This document shows, piece by piece, positions 26,922 through 35,589 of a DNA stretch of 64,000 nt. Position 1 is the stretch's first letter. Each line of letters starts with the position of its first letter. Source of the stretch: Dehalococcoidia bacterium (GTDB lineage: Bacteria > Chloroflexota > Dehalococcoidia > Lucifugimonadales > UBA3495); assembly GCA_965261795.1 (NCBI GenBank), contig OZ253476.1:2002099-2066098 (forward strand), in the 5' to 3' direction. Both the position numbers and the translations under genes were made by a program. The notes beneath the pieces are model-generated. The model had not been told where the DNA came from. It was given only the letters and a program-made list of their open reading frames with translations, and did no database searches.

Positions 26922-27124
26922 GGCGTTTCCAGGATTTCCAGGACGTCCTGGGCGAACACCATTTCTTCCGTCCCTTCCAACGAGGGGTCGTTGGGCGACG
27001 ACAGGTAATTGACGGATATCCAGACACCGTCCTGGAAGTTGGTGACCACCTCTCCAGTAGACCCGTCGGCCAAACGGACTTTGCTGCCCGGTTGAATCAG
27101 CCTGATGTTGATTACTTCGCTCAT
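26918..27124 (-). CDS. hypothetical small protein (68 aa)
   Basis: ATG 27124 lies 1 nt after the dioxygenase beta-subunit stop, in the same operon. No recognisable family. Confidence 0.4.
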   Translation of the reverse strand: MSEVINIRLIQPGSKVRLADGSTGEVVTNFQDGVWISVNYLSSPNDPSLEGTEEMVFAQDVLEILETP

Positions 27125-27125
27125 T

Positions 27126-27677
27126 TTAGAAGAAAAAGGTCAGGTTCTTTGCCAACAGCACGTTCTGGTCCAGTATGATTTTCCGCCTGGCGATCTTCCA
27201 TTGACCGCCGCGTTTTCGCAGCGTCTCTTCCCGTTTGCCTACCAGGAAGTCGGTCTCGGTCTCAATCCGGTTCCTGTAGATGATGAACCGGCACCTGATC
27301 GAAACGTCCTCCGGCTCGGACATAGACGGGGAGGCATCGAGGATTTGCACGTTGGAAACGATGTGGCATATCCGTGACAGAGGCTCCTCGGCCCAATGGA
27401 CTCCGGTGAGTATCTGGTTCACCCGCCGGGTGAGGGTGTCTTTCCCCTCGTCGAACCAGCTGATGTCCTGGCCTTCGCGGGTGTACTCCCGGTCCAGTTC
27501 CCCGAACTTCACGTTCCTGCGCATGGGCATCCAGTAACGGATGTCGTCGTCAAGCAGGGAGAGCCATTCCTCGTATTGCCGGGCGTCCAGCAACTCCGCC
27601 TCGGCAAAGAGGAACTGCTCGACTTCGTCCTTGAGGATGAGACGGGCGAGGATTTGATCGGAGTTGGCTATGTTCAA
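27126..27677 (-). CDS. aromatic-ring-hydroxylating dioxygenase subunit beta
   Basis: VEQFLFAEAELLDARQYEEWLSLLDDDIRYWMPMRRNV... is the typical small-subunit sequence. Confidence 0.85.
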   Translation of the reverse strand: MNIANSDQILARLILKDEVEQFLFAEAELLDARQYEEWLSLLDDDIRYWMPMRRNVKFGELDREYTREGQDISWFDEGKDTLTRRVNQILTGVHWAEEPLSRICHIVSNVQILDASPSMSEPEDVSIRCRFIIYRNRIETETDFLVGKREETLRKRGGQWKIARRKIILDQNVLLAKNLTFFF

Positions 27678-27715
27678 CGGACTCCTGCCGGAGAGCGCCC
27701 TATCCGGGTTGTTGG

Positions 27716-27735
27716 ATTCCCGCCTGCGCGGGAAT
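27716..27735. repeat. solo ATTCCCGC-CTGC-GCGGGAAT hairpin between dioxygenase alpha and beta genes
   Basis: Perfect 8-bp stem with a 4-nt loop, followed by GACGG. Identical to the cores at 9834-9853 and 26615-26634. Confidence 0.8.
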
Positions 27736-27750
27736 GACGGTGAGGCGGGA

Positions 27751-29133
27751 TCACTTCGGACCAGCCCCGTTTTCCCAAGCGGCCAGCCTGTCCCAGCAGT
27801 CGGCCTCCATGAACTCGGCCCAACGCCGGTAGAAGCCCCGCTGGTTTTGCTCCGCCGCTCTGGCGTTGGTAGTGTCGAGGATGACTCCGGGCAACTTCAG
27901 GCCATCGTCTTCGAAGTCAGGGTTTCCATGACCTAAACCCATCTCGTAGTTGTAGGGGTGACGCCGGGCCACTATCCCGCTGCTGGCCGAATGGGCGTAG
28001 TTCCAGTTCTCCATGTCGTCCTGCTCGGTAAGTCCACCCGGCCCGGAGTAACGGATGTAGTACTGGCGCAGGTAGTCCTTTACTTCCGGGGGAGCCTTGG
28101 CGTCCACCAGGAACCAGCGCCACACTTCGGTCTTGTTCACTCCCCTGGGGTGCCATACGGCGATGCTCCTGGGCTGGCGGGGCAGGTAGGACATGTTGGG
28201 GAACACCGTGCCCGGCCCTCCCAGCAGGCGCCAGAGGTCTCCTACCTTCCGCTTCCTTTCAGCCTCGCACCATTGGAAGTATTCGGCCAGAATCGGCAGG
28301 TCTTGATAGGCTTGAGGTATGGGCGAGTCCATGGGGCGGATGGCCATAACGGTGCCGTGGCCGCGTTCCGGGAAGGAAACGTCCAGCAGCTTGGAGTTAG
28401 CCCTTTCGCCGAGGTCGCGGCGGCCCGATCCACTGGGGCCGATGCCCACAATGTCCACGGAACGGTGGCTGATGTTGTGGTAGCGGTCGCCGATAAAATT
28501 CTCCGCCGGAAACTTCCAGTTGCAGGGCACCAGCCATTTCTCCACGCCGCCGAACACTTCGGTCCCGCCCTCTTCGCCGTCCCAACTGTCCAGCAGCAGG
28601 TCAAGATAGAGCCTGAAGCCGCCGATGTAATCCAGGAAGGGCGGAGCGGTTTCGTCCCAAGTGGCCCAAATGGCGCCCTTGTAGTTGAACATCTGGGGCA
28701 CTTCGACAAGCCCCCACTTGGACTTGTCCAATTCCTGACGGTAGGCATCCTTGAAGAAGGGCACCCCAACCAGTTTGCCGTCGGTGGCGTAGCTCCACCC
28801 GTGATATGGGCAGGTAAAGACGGGGGTGTTGCCTTCGTCGTAGCGGCACACCTTCATGCCGCGGTGCATACAGGAGTTCAAGAATACGTGGACCACTCCC
28901 TCCCGGTCGCGGCAGAGTATCACCGACTCTTCACCCATAGACGAGATGAAGTAGTCACCGGGTTTGGGAATCTGGGCCTCGTGGCCAACCATTAACCAAG
29001 CGCGGGCGAACACCTGCTCCTGCTCCCGCTGATAGATCTCTTCGTTTACGAAGATTTCACGGCTGACCAGCCCAGTGCTTACGTCGACCATGGAGCCGCT
29101 GCCGCTGCCGCTGACATTGGAGGTTATAACCAT
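27751..29133 (-). CDS. aromatic-ring-hydroxylating dioxygenase subunit alpha (Rieske)
   Basis: Rieske motif CMHRGMKVC...CPYHGWSY. Mononuclear iron motif GDRYHNISH. AGGAGG lies 9 nt upstream of ATG 29133. Confidence 0.9.
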   Translation of the reverse strand: MVITSNVSGSGSGSMVDVSTGLVSREIFVNEEIYQREQEQVFARAWLMVGHEAQIPKPGDYFISSMGEESVILCRDREGVVHVFLNSCMHRGMKVCRYDEGNTPVFTCPYHGWSYATDGKLVGVPFFKDAYRQELDKSKWGLVEVPQMFNYKGAIWATWDETAPPFLDYIGGFRLYLDLLLDSWDGEEGGTEVFGGVEKWLVPCNWKFPAENFIGDRYHNISHRSVDIVGIGPSGSGRRDLGERANSKLLDVSFPERGHGTVMAIRPMDSPIPQAYQDLPILAEYFQWCEAERKRKVGDLWRLLGGPGTVFPNMSYLPRQPRSIAVWHPRGVNKTEVWRWFLVDAKAPPEVKDYLRQYYIRYSGPGGLTEQDDMENWNYAHSASSGIVARRHPYNYEMGLGHGNPDFEDDGLKLPGVILDTTNARAAEQNQRGFYRRWAEFMEADCWDRLAAWENGAGPK

Positions 29134-29160
29134 AACGCGAGGCCTCCTGGAATATTCTAC

Positions 29161-30096
29161 CTATCCCCGTCTGGGGTCTTGTTGCTGGTAGGAGGCGGGC
29201 TGGTCAGCCGCACCGGCCCGCAACTCCACACCGGTGATTTCTTCCAAAACCCGGGCGGCCTTGGCGAAGCCGTCGCCGCCCCATCCCAGTTCCTGCGCCC
29301 GCCTGAAGACATCGTCGGCGATGGCGCCGGTCATGGCGGGGGCCTCCACATCGTCGGCCAACTCGCAAGCAAGGTGCAAGTCCTTGGCAACAATATCCAG
29401 CGTCCCGCCGGATATGAAGGTACCGCTGAGGACCGAGCGGGGGATGTTGTCGAATACCCGGCTGGCCCCCGCGCTGACCGGGACAACCTGGGACAACAGG
29501 CCGACGTCTACACCCGCTTTCGCGCCGATTATAAGACCTTCGATGGCCGTTATGAAGTTGGAATAGCCCAAGTATTGGGTGACCAGCTTGGTGATGCACC
29601 CCGCGCCGTTGTCGCCCAAGTGAAAGATGTTCCCCGCCATGGCTTCCAGCAACGGCCGGTAGCGGGCGAATGTTTCCGCATCCCCTCCAACCATGACGGT
29701 CATACCCGGAGGGCGCCCGCTGACAGGGGCATCCAATACTTCCACTCCGCGAGATTTACAAACTTCGGCGATTCGCCGGAACACCTTCGGGGAATTGGTG
29801 GTCATGTCTATGAAAGCGCCGCCGTTGGCCAAGCCGGCGAGGATGCCCGTATTGGGGTTGAGGACCGTCTCCTCTACTTCGGCTGGTCCGGGCAAGGAAG
29901 TGAACACAACTTGGCTGGATGCGGCGACGGCCCGGGGACTGTCCGCCCAGTTGGCGCCCAACTCGCACAGGTTGGTTGTGACCTGGCGGCGGATATCGTG
30001 GACGGTCAACCGGTGGCCCGCCTCGATCAGACAGCGGGCCATCGGATTCCCCATGGTCCCCGTTCCGATAAATCCGAGTTGCATCTGCTCACTCAT
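29161..30096 (-). CDS. NAD(P)-dependent oxidoreductase, 3-hydroxyisobutyrate dehydrogenase family
   Basis: LGFIGTGTMGNPMARCLIEAGHRLTVHDI Rossmann N-terminus and the typical downstream 6PGDH-like helices. Confidence 0.85.
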   Translation of the reverse strand: MSEQMQLGFIGTGTMGNPMARCLIEAGHRLTVHDIRRQVTTNLCELGANWADSPRAVAASSQVVFTSLPGPAEVEETVLNPNTGILAGLANGGAFIDMTTNSPKVFRRIAEVCKSRGVEVLDAPVSGRPPGMTVMVGGDAETFARYRPLLEAMAGNIFHLGDNGAGCITKLVTQYLGYSNFITAIEGLIIGAKAGVDVGLLSQVVPVSAGASRVFDNIPRSVLSGTFISGGTLDIVAKDLHLACELADDVEAPAMTGAIADDVFRRAQELGWGGDGFAKAARVLEEITGVELRAGAADQPASYQQQDPRRG

Positions 30097-30133
30097 TGGT
30101 GATTATTCCAGACGGTGCTTCAAGAGGGCGTTT

Positions 30134-31180
30134 CTACGGCTTGAAGACGGCCAGGCATTTTTCAGAGTTGAACACGTAGGTCTCGATGTAGTCGATTATT
30201 TCCGGTTTTCGATTCAGCTCTTCCATTGCACCGGCGAGGCACATCCAGTTGAGCATCTCCTGCTGTCCCGCGGCCTCTATTTCAGGAGTGGAGACGTTGC
30301 GCCAAGCTGCGTAGTCGCCCCTCTTGAGTTCCTCGAACCGCGCCCGGTCCGACTCGTGGTCCGGCCACAACAGGTTGTTCTTCTGGGTGAGGAAGGCATG
30401 GGACCAACTGGAGGAGGCGATCAATGCCACCCGCCAAGGACTGTCTTTCAAGACGCGGACGGTGGCCGCGCCGACCTCCATGCACCGCTTGGGAGAAGGG
30501 CCGGGCGGGTCGTCTTCCTTTTCGTACTCGAAGGCGCCGCCCCGGTTGCGGATCACCTTGCTGCCGTAGCAGTTGACCAGGAAGGGCACTACCGGATAGT
30601 TGAAGCCCTTGCGGTCGTAGTCCAAGTAGAGCAGGGTGTTGATGATGGCGTGTCCCAAGCCACCCTTTTCGTGCAGCGGCTTGTAGGCGTAGGACATGTC
30701 GATTCCTTGATTGATGAGCCCGGACACCAAGGATCTCGCGCCGGGGTGGCCGCTGTACTGGAACACTTTGTCCGCCGGCTCGTTCCACACATTGCGGCGG
30801 GGGCTGCCGTCCTTGTTCATCATGGGCTGGCACTGGATGCCGTCATACGCCAGCACGCAGAAGGGAGGGATGATGTCCTCTTTGAAGTTCTCGTACTGGT
30901 CGTCGCCCCATATCAAAACGAAATCGGGATTGAAGGCGTCCAGTTCGGCCCTCTGCTGCCGGAAGCCGGCAACCAACCGGTCACGGTGCACCCTGGCGGC
31001 GGCAATGCCTTGGTCGTCGCCGTATTCGGTGCGCATCGCCTCCGGCCAAGTCGCGGGGTCTTTGACCTCCGAAGGTATCCGGTCGCTGAGCAGCGTCCGC
31101 GTCAACGGGAAGGCGCGGTCCTCGTCAGGGGAGATCAAGCCGGGATAGTGAGTAATGCCTATACCCAGAATTTCACCCAT
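30134..31180 (-). CDS. class III extradiol dioxygenase (LigB) superfamily protein
   Basis: MGEILGIGITHYPGL..., PDFVLIWGDDQYENFKEDIIPPFCV and SSSWSHAF align by eye with LigB-type blocks (GITSSHIP, PDVVILVYNDHASAF, GGMSHQ). ATG 31180 with GGAG 7 nt upstream. Confidence 0.6.
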   Translation of the reverse strand: MGEILGIGITHYPGLISPDEDRAFPLTRTLLSDRIPSEVKDPATWPEAMRTEYGDDQGIAAARVHRDRLVAGFRQQRAELDAFNPDFVLIWGDDQYENFKEDIIPPFCVLAYDGIQCQPMMNKDGSPRRNVWNEPADKVFQYSGHPGARSLVSGLINQGIDMSYAYKPLHEKGGLGHAIINTLLYLDYDRKGFNYPVVPFLVNCYGSKVIRNRGGAFEYEKEDDPPGPSPKRCMEVGAATVRVLKDSPWRVALIASSSWSHAFLTQKNNLLWPDHESDRARFEELKRGDYAAWRNVSTPEIEAAGQQEMLNWMCLAGAMEELNRKPEIIDYIETYVFNSEKCLAVFKP

Positions 31181-31230
31181 TTTAATGCTCCATGGCTTGG
31201 ATACTCCGGCGGATTGACCACCTTGACTCT

Positions 31231-31306
31231 GCAGGGGTCTCTGGAAAGGCAACCGCCGATACGCCAACGCAGGGGTCTCTGGAAAGGCAACCGCCGATAC
31301 GCCAAC
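31231..31306. repeat. perfect 38-bp direct tandem repeat x2 upstream of the ring-cleavage operon
   Basis: GCAGGGGTCTCTGGAAAGGCAACCGCCGATACGCCAAC at 31231-31268 and again at 31269-31306, with no mismatch. Confidence 0.95.
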
Positions 31307-31307
31307 A

Positions 31308-31336
31308 TTTTTATCCAAGGCCGATGCGTGAGTCAA
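31308..31336 (-). promoter_or_regulatory. candidate promoter TTGACT-N17-TAAAAA for the minus-strand catabolic operon
   Basis: Minus-strand TTGACT (31336-31331), 17-nt spacer, TAAAAA (31313-31308). The 38-bp repeats would lie in the transcribed leader. Confidence 0.3.
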
Positions 31337-31580
31337 GGGAACGGCGTTACAACAACGAAGGGCGTACAATATCAGGGCGTTTTACGACGATAACGAGCTA
31401 ACCAGCACTCGTGAAAACCGTTCTCTGATGTGATTGTCTGAATCAGGATTTTCAGTGCTGATGGATTAGCGTGACAAATGGCGCATATCTTGAGAATCCC
31501 GAAATCCGGTTACTCCTGATTCAGACAACAATAAGAGAGCTTGCCGAGACTGACCAACCACTTCCACAGTTGCATCTGAT

Positions 31581-31619
31581 CCTGAAATACATTCCTGCTG
31601 ATCAGGAATGTATTTCAGG
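31581..31619. promoter_or_regulatory. perfect 17-bp-arm palindrome abutting a TATAAT box
   Basis: CCTGAAATACATTCCTG-CTGAT-CAGGAATGTATTTCAGG. TATAAT at 31622-31627. Confidence 0.5.
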
Positions 31620-31673
31620 AGTATAATAGGGGCACAGTAATGTAATAGCCTGCTAAAAGCAGCGTTGCGTCAA

Positions 31674-31702
31674 TTGACTTTTGAGGCCGGGTTTCCTAAA
31701 AT
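31674..31702 (+). promoter_or_regulatory. sigma-70-like promoter TTGACT-N17-TAAAAT
   Basis: -35 at 31674-31679, -10 at 31697-31702. Upstream of the tRNA-tuf cluster. Confidence 0.45.
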
Positions 31703-31731
31703 TAGGGTGACTAAAGGTCAAACGTGGTGAC

Positions 31732-31756
31732 ATGGCCCCTTTTACGGGGCCATTTT
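31732..31756 (+). terminator. intrinsic-terminator-like hairpin
   Basis: ATGGCCCC-TTTTAC-GGGGCCAT followed by TTT. Lies between the promoter at 31674 and tRNA-Thr. Confidence 0.5.
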
Positions 31757-31784
31757 CTGGTGTAGAACGCCCAGGGAGCTTGTT

Positions 31785-31856
31785 GCCCCGGTGGCGCAAT
31801 GGCAGCGCAGTCGATTTGTAATCGACAGGTTAGGGGTTCGACTCCCCTCTGGGGCT
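31785..31856 (+). tRNA. tRNA-Thr (anticodon UGU)
   Basis: Acceptor GCCCCGG/CTGGGGC, anticodon arm GTCGA-TTTGTAA-TCGAC, T arm AGGGG-TTCGACT-CCCCT. Confidence 0.9.
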
Positions 31857-31927
31857 CTCTACCGGGTTCAGCCCGGCGCCGGCCATAGACAAGGGGTTGT
31901 ACGCAGGCGCCGGAAGTCCGGCACAAT

Positions 31928-32015
31928 GGAGGGGTGGGTGAGTGGTTAAAGCCACCAGACTGTAAATCTGGCGTCCGGAAGGGCTTCGTAGGTTCGAATC
32001 CTACCCCCTCCACCA
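31928..32015 (+). tRNA. tRNA-Tyr (anticodon GUA), long variable arm, CCA encoded
   Basis: Acceptor GGAGGGG/CCCCTCC, anticodon arm CCAGA-CTGTAAA-TCTGG, T arm GTAGG-TTCGAAT-CCTAC, 3' ACCA. Confidence 0.9.
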
Positions 32016-32064
32016 CTTTCTGTTGTAAAATATTGTCACTTGACCTTAAGTAACAGCATTAATT

Positions 32065-32139
32065 GCCCAGATAGCTCAGCGGTAGAGCACGTTCTTGGTA
32101 AGAACGGGGTCGGCGGTTCAATCCCGCCTCTGGGCTCCA
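32065..32139 (+). tRNA. tRNA-Thr (anticodon GGU), CCA encoded
   Basis: Acceptor GCCCAGA/TCTGGGC, D arm GCTC-AGCGGTA-GAGC, anticodon arm CGTTC-TTGGTAA-GAACG, T arm GGCGG-TTCAATC-CCGCC. Confidence 0.9.
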
Positions 32140-32166
32140 GTAGCAGCTAAAGGAGAGTAGACCCAA

Positions 32167-33351
32167 ATGGCCAAACGACGATTCGACCGCACCAAGCCCC
32201 ATGTAAACGTGGGGACTATCGGCCACGTGGACCATGGCAAGACCACCCTCACTTCCGCGATCACCAAGGTGCTGGCAGACCGCGGTATGGCGTCTTACCA
32301 GGACATGGACAGCATTGACAACGCTCCGGAAGAAAAGGCCCGCGGCGTTACCATCGCCATCGCCCATGTGGAGTACGAGACCGAAACCCGCCACTATGCC
32401 CACGTGGACTGCCCGGGTCACGCTGACTACATCAAGAACATGATCACCGGGGCCGCTCAAATGGACGGCGCGGTGTTGGTGGTGAGCGCGCCCGACGGCC
32501 CGATGCCCCAGACCCGGGAGCACATCCTGCTGGCCCGCCAAGTTGAAGTTCCCCGCATTCTCGTTGCACTGAATAAAGTCGACATGATGGATGACGAGGA
32601 GTTGCTGGAACTGGTGGAGCTGGAAGTCCGGGAGCTGCTGAACCGCTACAACTTCCCTGGCGACGACACTCCTATAGTGCGTGTCAGCGGCCTGAAGGCC
32701 CTCGAGGGAGACCCCGAAGCCGAAGAGGGTATAATGAGGCTGGTGGAGGCCATGGATGACTACATACCCATCCCGGCGCGGATCATCGACAGGCCCTTCC
32801 TGATGCCCATCGAGGACGTTTTCGGGATCAAGGGGCGCGGCACGGTGGTAACCGGCAGGGTGGAGCGCGGACAACTGAAGCAGGGAGAGCCGGTGGAAAT
32901 CATCCGGTTCGGCGACGTTCGGGAGACAGTGGCTACCGGGCTCGAGATGTTCCACAAGACCCTGGACACCACTGAAGCCGGCGACGCCGTGGGCGTGCTG
33001 CTTCGCGGTGTGGACCGCGACGAGGTGGAGCGAGGCCAAGTATTGGTCAAGCCCGGCTCGATGAGGCCTTACACGCGGGCCGAAGCCGAGGTCTACGTTC
33101 TCAGCCGGGAAGAGGGCGGCCGTCACACTCCGTTCTTCACCGGGTACAAGCCGCAGTTCTACATCCGGACCAGCGATATCACCGGCGAGGTGGCTTTGCC
33201 GGAGGGGGTAGAGATGGTGATGCCCGGCGACAACATCCGGATAACGATCTCGTTGATGACCCCTGTGCCCATCGAAGAGCAGATGAGGTTCGCAATCCGG
33301 GAAGGCGGCCGCACCGTAGGGTCCGGCGTAATCACCAAGGTGTTGGATTAA
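32167..33351 (+). CDS. tuf: elongation factor Tu
   Basis: [29 protein letters not shown]..., DCPGH and NKVD motifs. AAGGAG upstream. Confidence 0.98.
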   Translation: MAKRRFDRTKPHVNVGTIGHVDHGKTTLTSAITKVLADRGMASYQDMDSIDNAPEEKARGVTIAIAHVEYETETRHYAHVDCPGHADYIKNMITGAAQMDGAVLVVSAPDGPMPQTREHILLARQVEVPRILVALNKVDMMDDEELLELVELEVRELLNRYNFPGDDTPIVRVSGLKALEGDPEAEEGIMRLVEAMDDYIPIPARIIDRPFLMPIEDVFGIKGRGTVVTGRVERGQLKQGEPVEIIRFGDVRETVATGLEMFHKTLDTTEAGDAVGVLLRGVDRDEVERGQVLVKPGSMRPYTRAEAEVYVLSREEGGRHTPFFTGYKPQFYIRTSDITGEVALPEGVEMVMPGDNIRITISLMTPVPIEEQMRFAIREGGRTVGSGVITKVLD

Positions 33352-33354
33352 GTT

Positions 33355-33525
33355 ATGGCTAGAAAGACTGCCGACGTTCGACAGATCATCACTTTGCAGT
33401 GCGGCGATTGCCGGGAGCGTAACTACACGACCGACAAGAACCGCCGCAACGACCCGCAGCGGTTGGAGTTGCGGAAGTATTGCCCTCGCTGCCGGGGCCA
33501 CAAAGCCCATCGCGAGGTTAGGTAG
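33355..33525 (+). CDS. rpmG: 50S ribosomal protein L33
   Basis: Not in the ORF track (56 aa). My translation is [56 protein letters not shown], with CxxC...CxxC. Canonical position between tuf and secE. Confidence 0.85.
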   Translation: MARKTADVRQIITLQCGDCRERNYTTDKNRRNDPQRLELRKYCPRCRGHKAHREVR

Positions 33526-33530
33526 CCGTC

Positions 33531-33767
33531 ATGTCCAGGGTTTCCGCTCGAGATAACCGGCCAATACCGTCCAGGACTTCCAGCAAGGTCAATCCTGTAG
33601 AGTTTCTGCAGGAGACCCTGTCGGAGCTGCGGAAGTCGGTCTGGCCCAGCCGGGAGGAGACCGTCAGGCTGACGGCGGTTGTTATCGCCCTGTCGATAGT
33701 TTTCGCCTTCTTCCTCGGTGGATTGGACCAGTTCTTCAGCCAGACCTTCAACAGGTTTGTGCTGTAG
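33531..33767 (+). CDS. secE: preprotein translocase subunit SecE
   Basis: FLQETLSELRKSVWPSREETVRLTAVVIALSIVFAFFLGGLD. Position upstream of nusG. Confidence 0.9.
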   Translation: MSRVSARDNRPIPSRTSSKVNPVEFLQETLSELRKSVWPSREETVRLTAVVIALSIVFAFFLGGLDQFFSQTFNRFVL

Positions 33768-33839
33768 GCTGTCAGGCGTTCAACGGCGCTTGGGTTGACA
33801 TGGTATACAGCGGGGTTAATACGTTTAGGGTGTGCTAGC

Positions 33840-34418
33840 ATGACTTCAGCCAGGGACATTGAAGTAGAAGAGGGCGAAACTTCCCGGTGGTATATTGTGC
33901 ATACCTACTCCGGGCAGGAGGACTTGGTCAAGAAGAACCTCGACTTGCGCATCCAGAGTCTGGATATGCAAGACCGCATCTTTGAGGTGCTGGTGCCCAC
34001 AGAAGACGAGGTTATCTTCAAGGACGGGAAGCGGCGTTCGGAAAGACGCAAGTTGTTCCCCGGTTACATCCTGGTCCAAATGACCATGGATGACGAAAGC
34101 TGGTACGCGGTAAGAAATACTCCGGGCGTCACAGGGTTCGTATCTACCGAGGATGAATACGACAAGCGTCCCAAGCCGGTGCCATTGGAAGACAAGCAGG
34201 TTGAGGACATTCTGAAGCAAGTGGAGACCGGCCCGGTCCGCGTCCATATCGGGCTGAGCAAGGGTGAGACGGTTCGGATCACCGAAGGTCCATTCGTGGA
34301 CTTCATAGGCTCCATCAACGATGTTGACGAAGCCAAGGGCAAGGTCAGGGTACTGGTTTCCTTCTTTGGCAGGGAAACCCCGGTGGAGTTGGACTTTTTG
34401 CAGGTGGAAAGGATTTAA
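33840..34418 (+). CDS. nusG: transcription termination/antitermination factor NusG
   Basis: WYIVHTYSGQEDLVKKNL..., KOW region GETVRITEGPFVDFIGSINDVD. ATG 33840 preferred over the longest ORF start at 33795. Confidence 0.9.
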   Translation: MTSARDIEVEEGETSRWYIVHTYSGQEDLVKKNLDLRIQSLDMQDRIFEVLVPTEDEVIFKDGKRRSERRKLFPGYILVQMTMDDESWYAVRNTPGVTGFVSTEDEYDKRPKPVPLEDKQVEDILKQVETGPVRVHIGLSKGETVRITEGPFVDFIGSINDVDEAKGKVRVLVSFFGRETPVELDFLQVERI

Positions 34419-34427
34419 GGCTCTAAA

Positions 34428-34856
34428 GTGGCAAAAAAACTACGAGCGATCATCAAGCTTCAATTGGAAGCCGGTAAGGCGACCCCTGCCCCGCCGGTTG
34501 GCCCCGCGCTGGGTCAACATGGGGTTAACATAATGGGTTTCGTCAAGGAATATAACGCGCGGACGGCCAATCAGAGCGGCACCATAGTCCCGGTGCATAT
34601 CTCGGTGTTCGAAGACCGGTCATTTTCCTTCGTTACCAGGACTCCCCCGGCGTCGGACTTGCTTCGCAAAGCGGCCTCGGTGGAGAAAGGAGCAGCGGAT
34701 CCCCGGCGAGAAAGAGTCGGCTCCATAGACCGGCAAGCTCTGAGGGAAATCGCCGAAACCAAGTTAACCGACCTGAACGCCGGGTCGGTGGAACAAGCTA
34801 TGGCTATTATTGAAGGCACTGCCCGCAGTATGGGCATTGAAATTACAGGTGACTGA
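34428..34856 (+). CDS. rplK: 50S ribosomal protein L11
   Basis: GTG start. [42 protein letters not shown]. Confidence 0.95.
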   Translation: MAKKLRAIIKLQLEAGKATPAPPVGPALGQHGVNIMGFVKEYNARTANQSGTIVPVHISVFEDRSFSFVTRTPPASDLLRKAASVEKGAADPRRERVGSIDRQALREIAETKLTDLNAGSVEQAMAIIEGTARSMGIEITGD

Positions 34857-34858
34857 CA

Positions 34859-35575
34859 TTGCCTAAGCACAGCAAACGTTATACAGCAGTGGCGGAAAGA
34901 GTAGACCCGGACCGCCAGTACCAGCCCGAAGAGGCGCTGGGGTTGATAAAAGAGCTGGCCTCAACCAAGTTCGACGAGACGGTGGAGTTGCACCTCCGTA
35001 CCAACGCCGACCCGCGTCACGCCGACCAGATGGTCCGGGGCGTAACCAGTCTTCCACACGGCCTTGGCAAGACGGTTAGAGTCCTGGTGTTCGCGGACAG
35101 TGAAGCGGCTGAAATCGCCCGCGGGGCAGGAGCAGACTTTGCCGGCGAAGACGATCTCATCGCCCAGGTCGAAGGTGGCTGGGCAGACTTTGACGTTGGC
35201 TTGGCCGTGCCCAGCGTAATGCCTAAAATAGGCCGGTTGGGACGGGTGCTTGGCAGGCGCGGGTTAATGCCGAATCCCCGCTCCGGCACAATGGTGCAGC
35301 CCCAGGACCTGCCGCGGGTTATCCAGGAAGCGAAAGCCGGACGGATGGAGTACAGGACCGACCGCACGGCTATCATCCACTGTCCGGTGGGCAAGGCCAG
35401 TTTTGAGACCGGCCAACTGGTTGACAACGTTGCGTCTCTGGTAGATGCTATCGTTCGTGAGAGGCCGGCTGCGATTAAAGGCAGCTTCCTGAGGTCAGCG
35501 TACATTTCTTCTTCTATGGGACCCAGTATCCAAGTGGACTTAAACGCATTGCAGGCGCTTCAGCCGTCGGGGTGA
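34859..35575 (+). CDS. rplA: 50S ribosomal protein L1
   Basis: TTG start. PKHSKRYTAVAERVD...ETVELHLRTNADPRHADQMVRG. Confidence 0.95.
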   Translation: MPKHSKRYTAVAERVDPDRQYQPEEALGLIKELASTKFDETVELHLRTNADPRHADQMVRGVTSLPHGLGKTVRVLVFADSEAAEIARGAGADFAGEDDLIAQVEGGWADFDVGLAVPSVMPKIGRLGRVLGRRGLMPNPRSGTMVQPQDLPRVIQEAKAGRMEYRTDRTAIIHCPVGKASFETGQLVDNVASLVDAIVRERPAAIKGSFLRSAYISSSMGPSIQVDLNALQALQPSG

Positions 35576-35589
35576 TTATCAGCCGGAAC

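Noticed and set aside
29179-31393. Long plus-strand ORFs (307 and 566 aa)
   Set aside because: They are antisense to the dehydrogenase and LigB-like genes, which have clear family motifs and RBS-preceded starts.
31857-31927. Expected a fourth tRNA (for example tRNA-Gly, as in the E. coli thrU-tyrU-glyT-thrT-tufB arrangement) in the 71-nt gap
   Set aside because: No cloverleaf can be drawn. Only short hairpins are present (CCGGG-TTCAG-CCCGG, CCGG-AAGT-CCGG), with no acceptor stem pairing.
32059-33510. 483-aa minus-strand ORF (and 31711-32016)
   Set aside because: It is antisense to tuf and overlaps the tRNA genes. The translation is low-complexity (H/G/V/R-rich).
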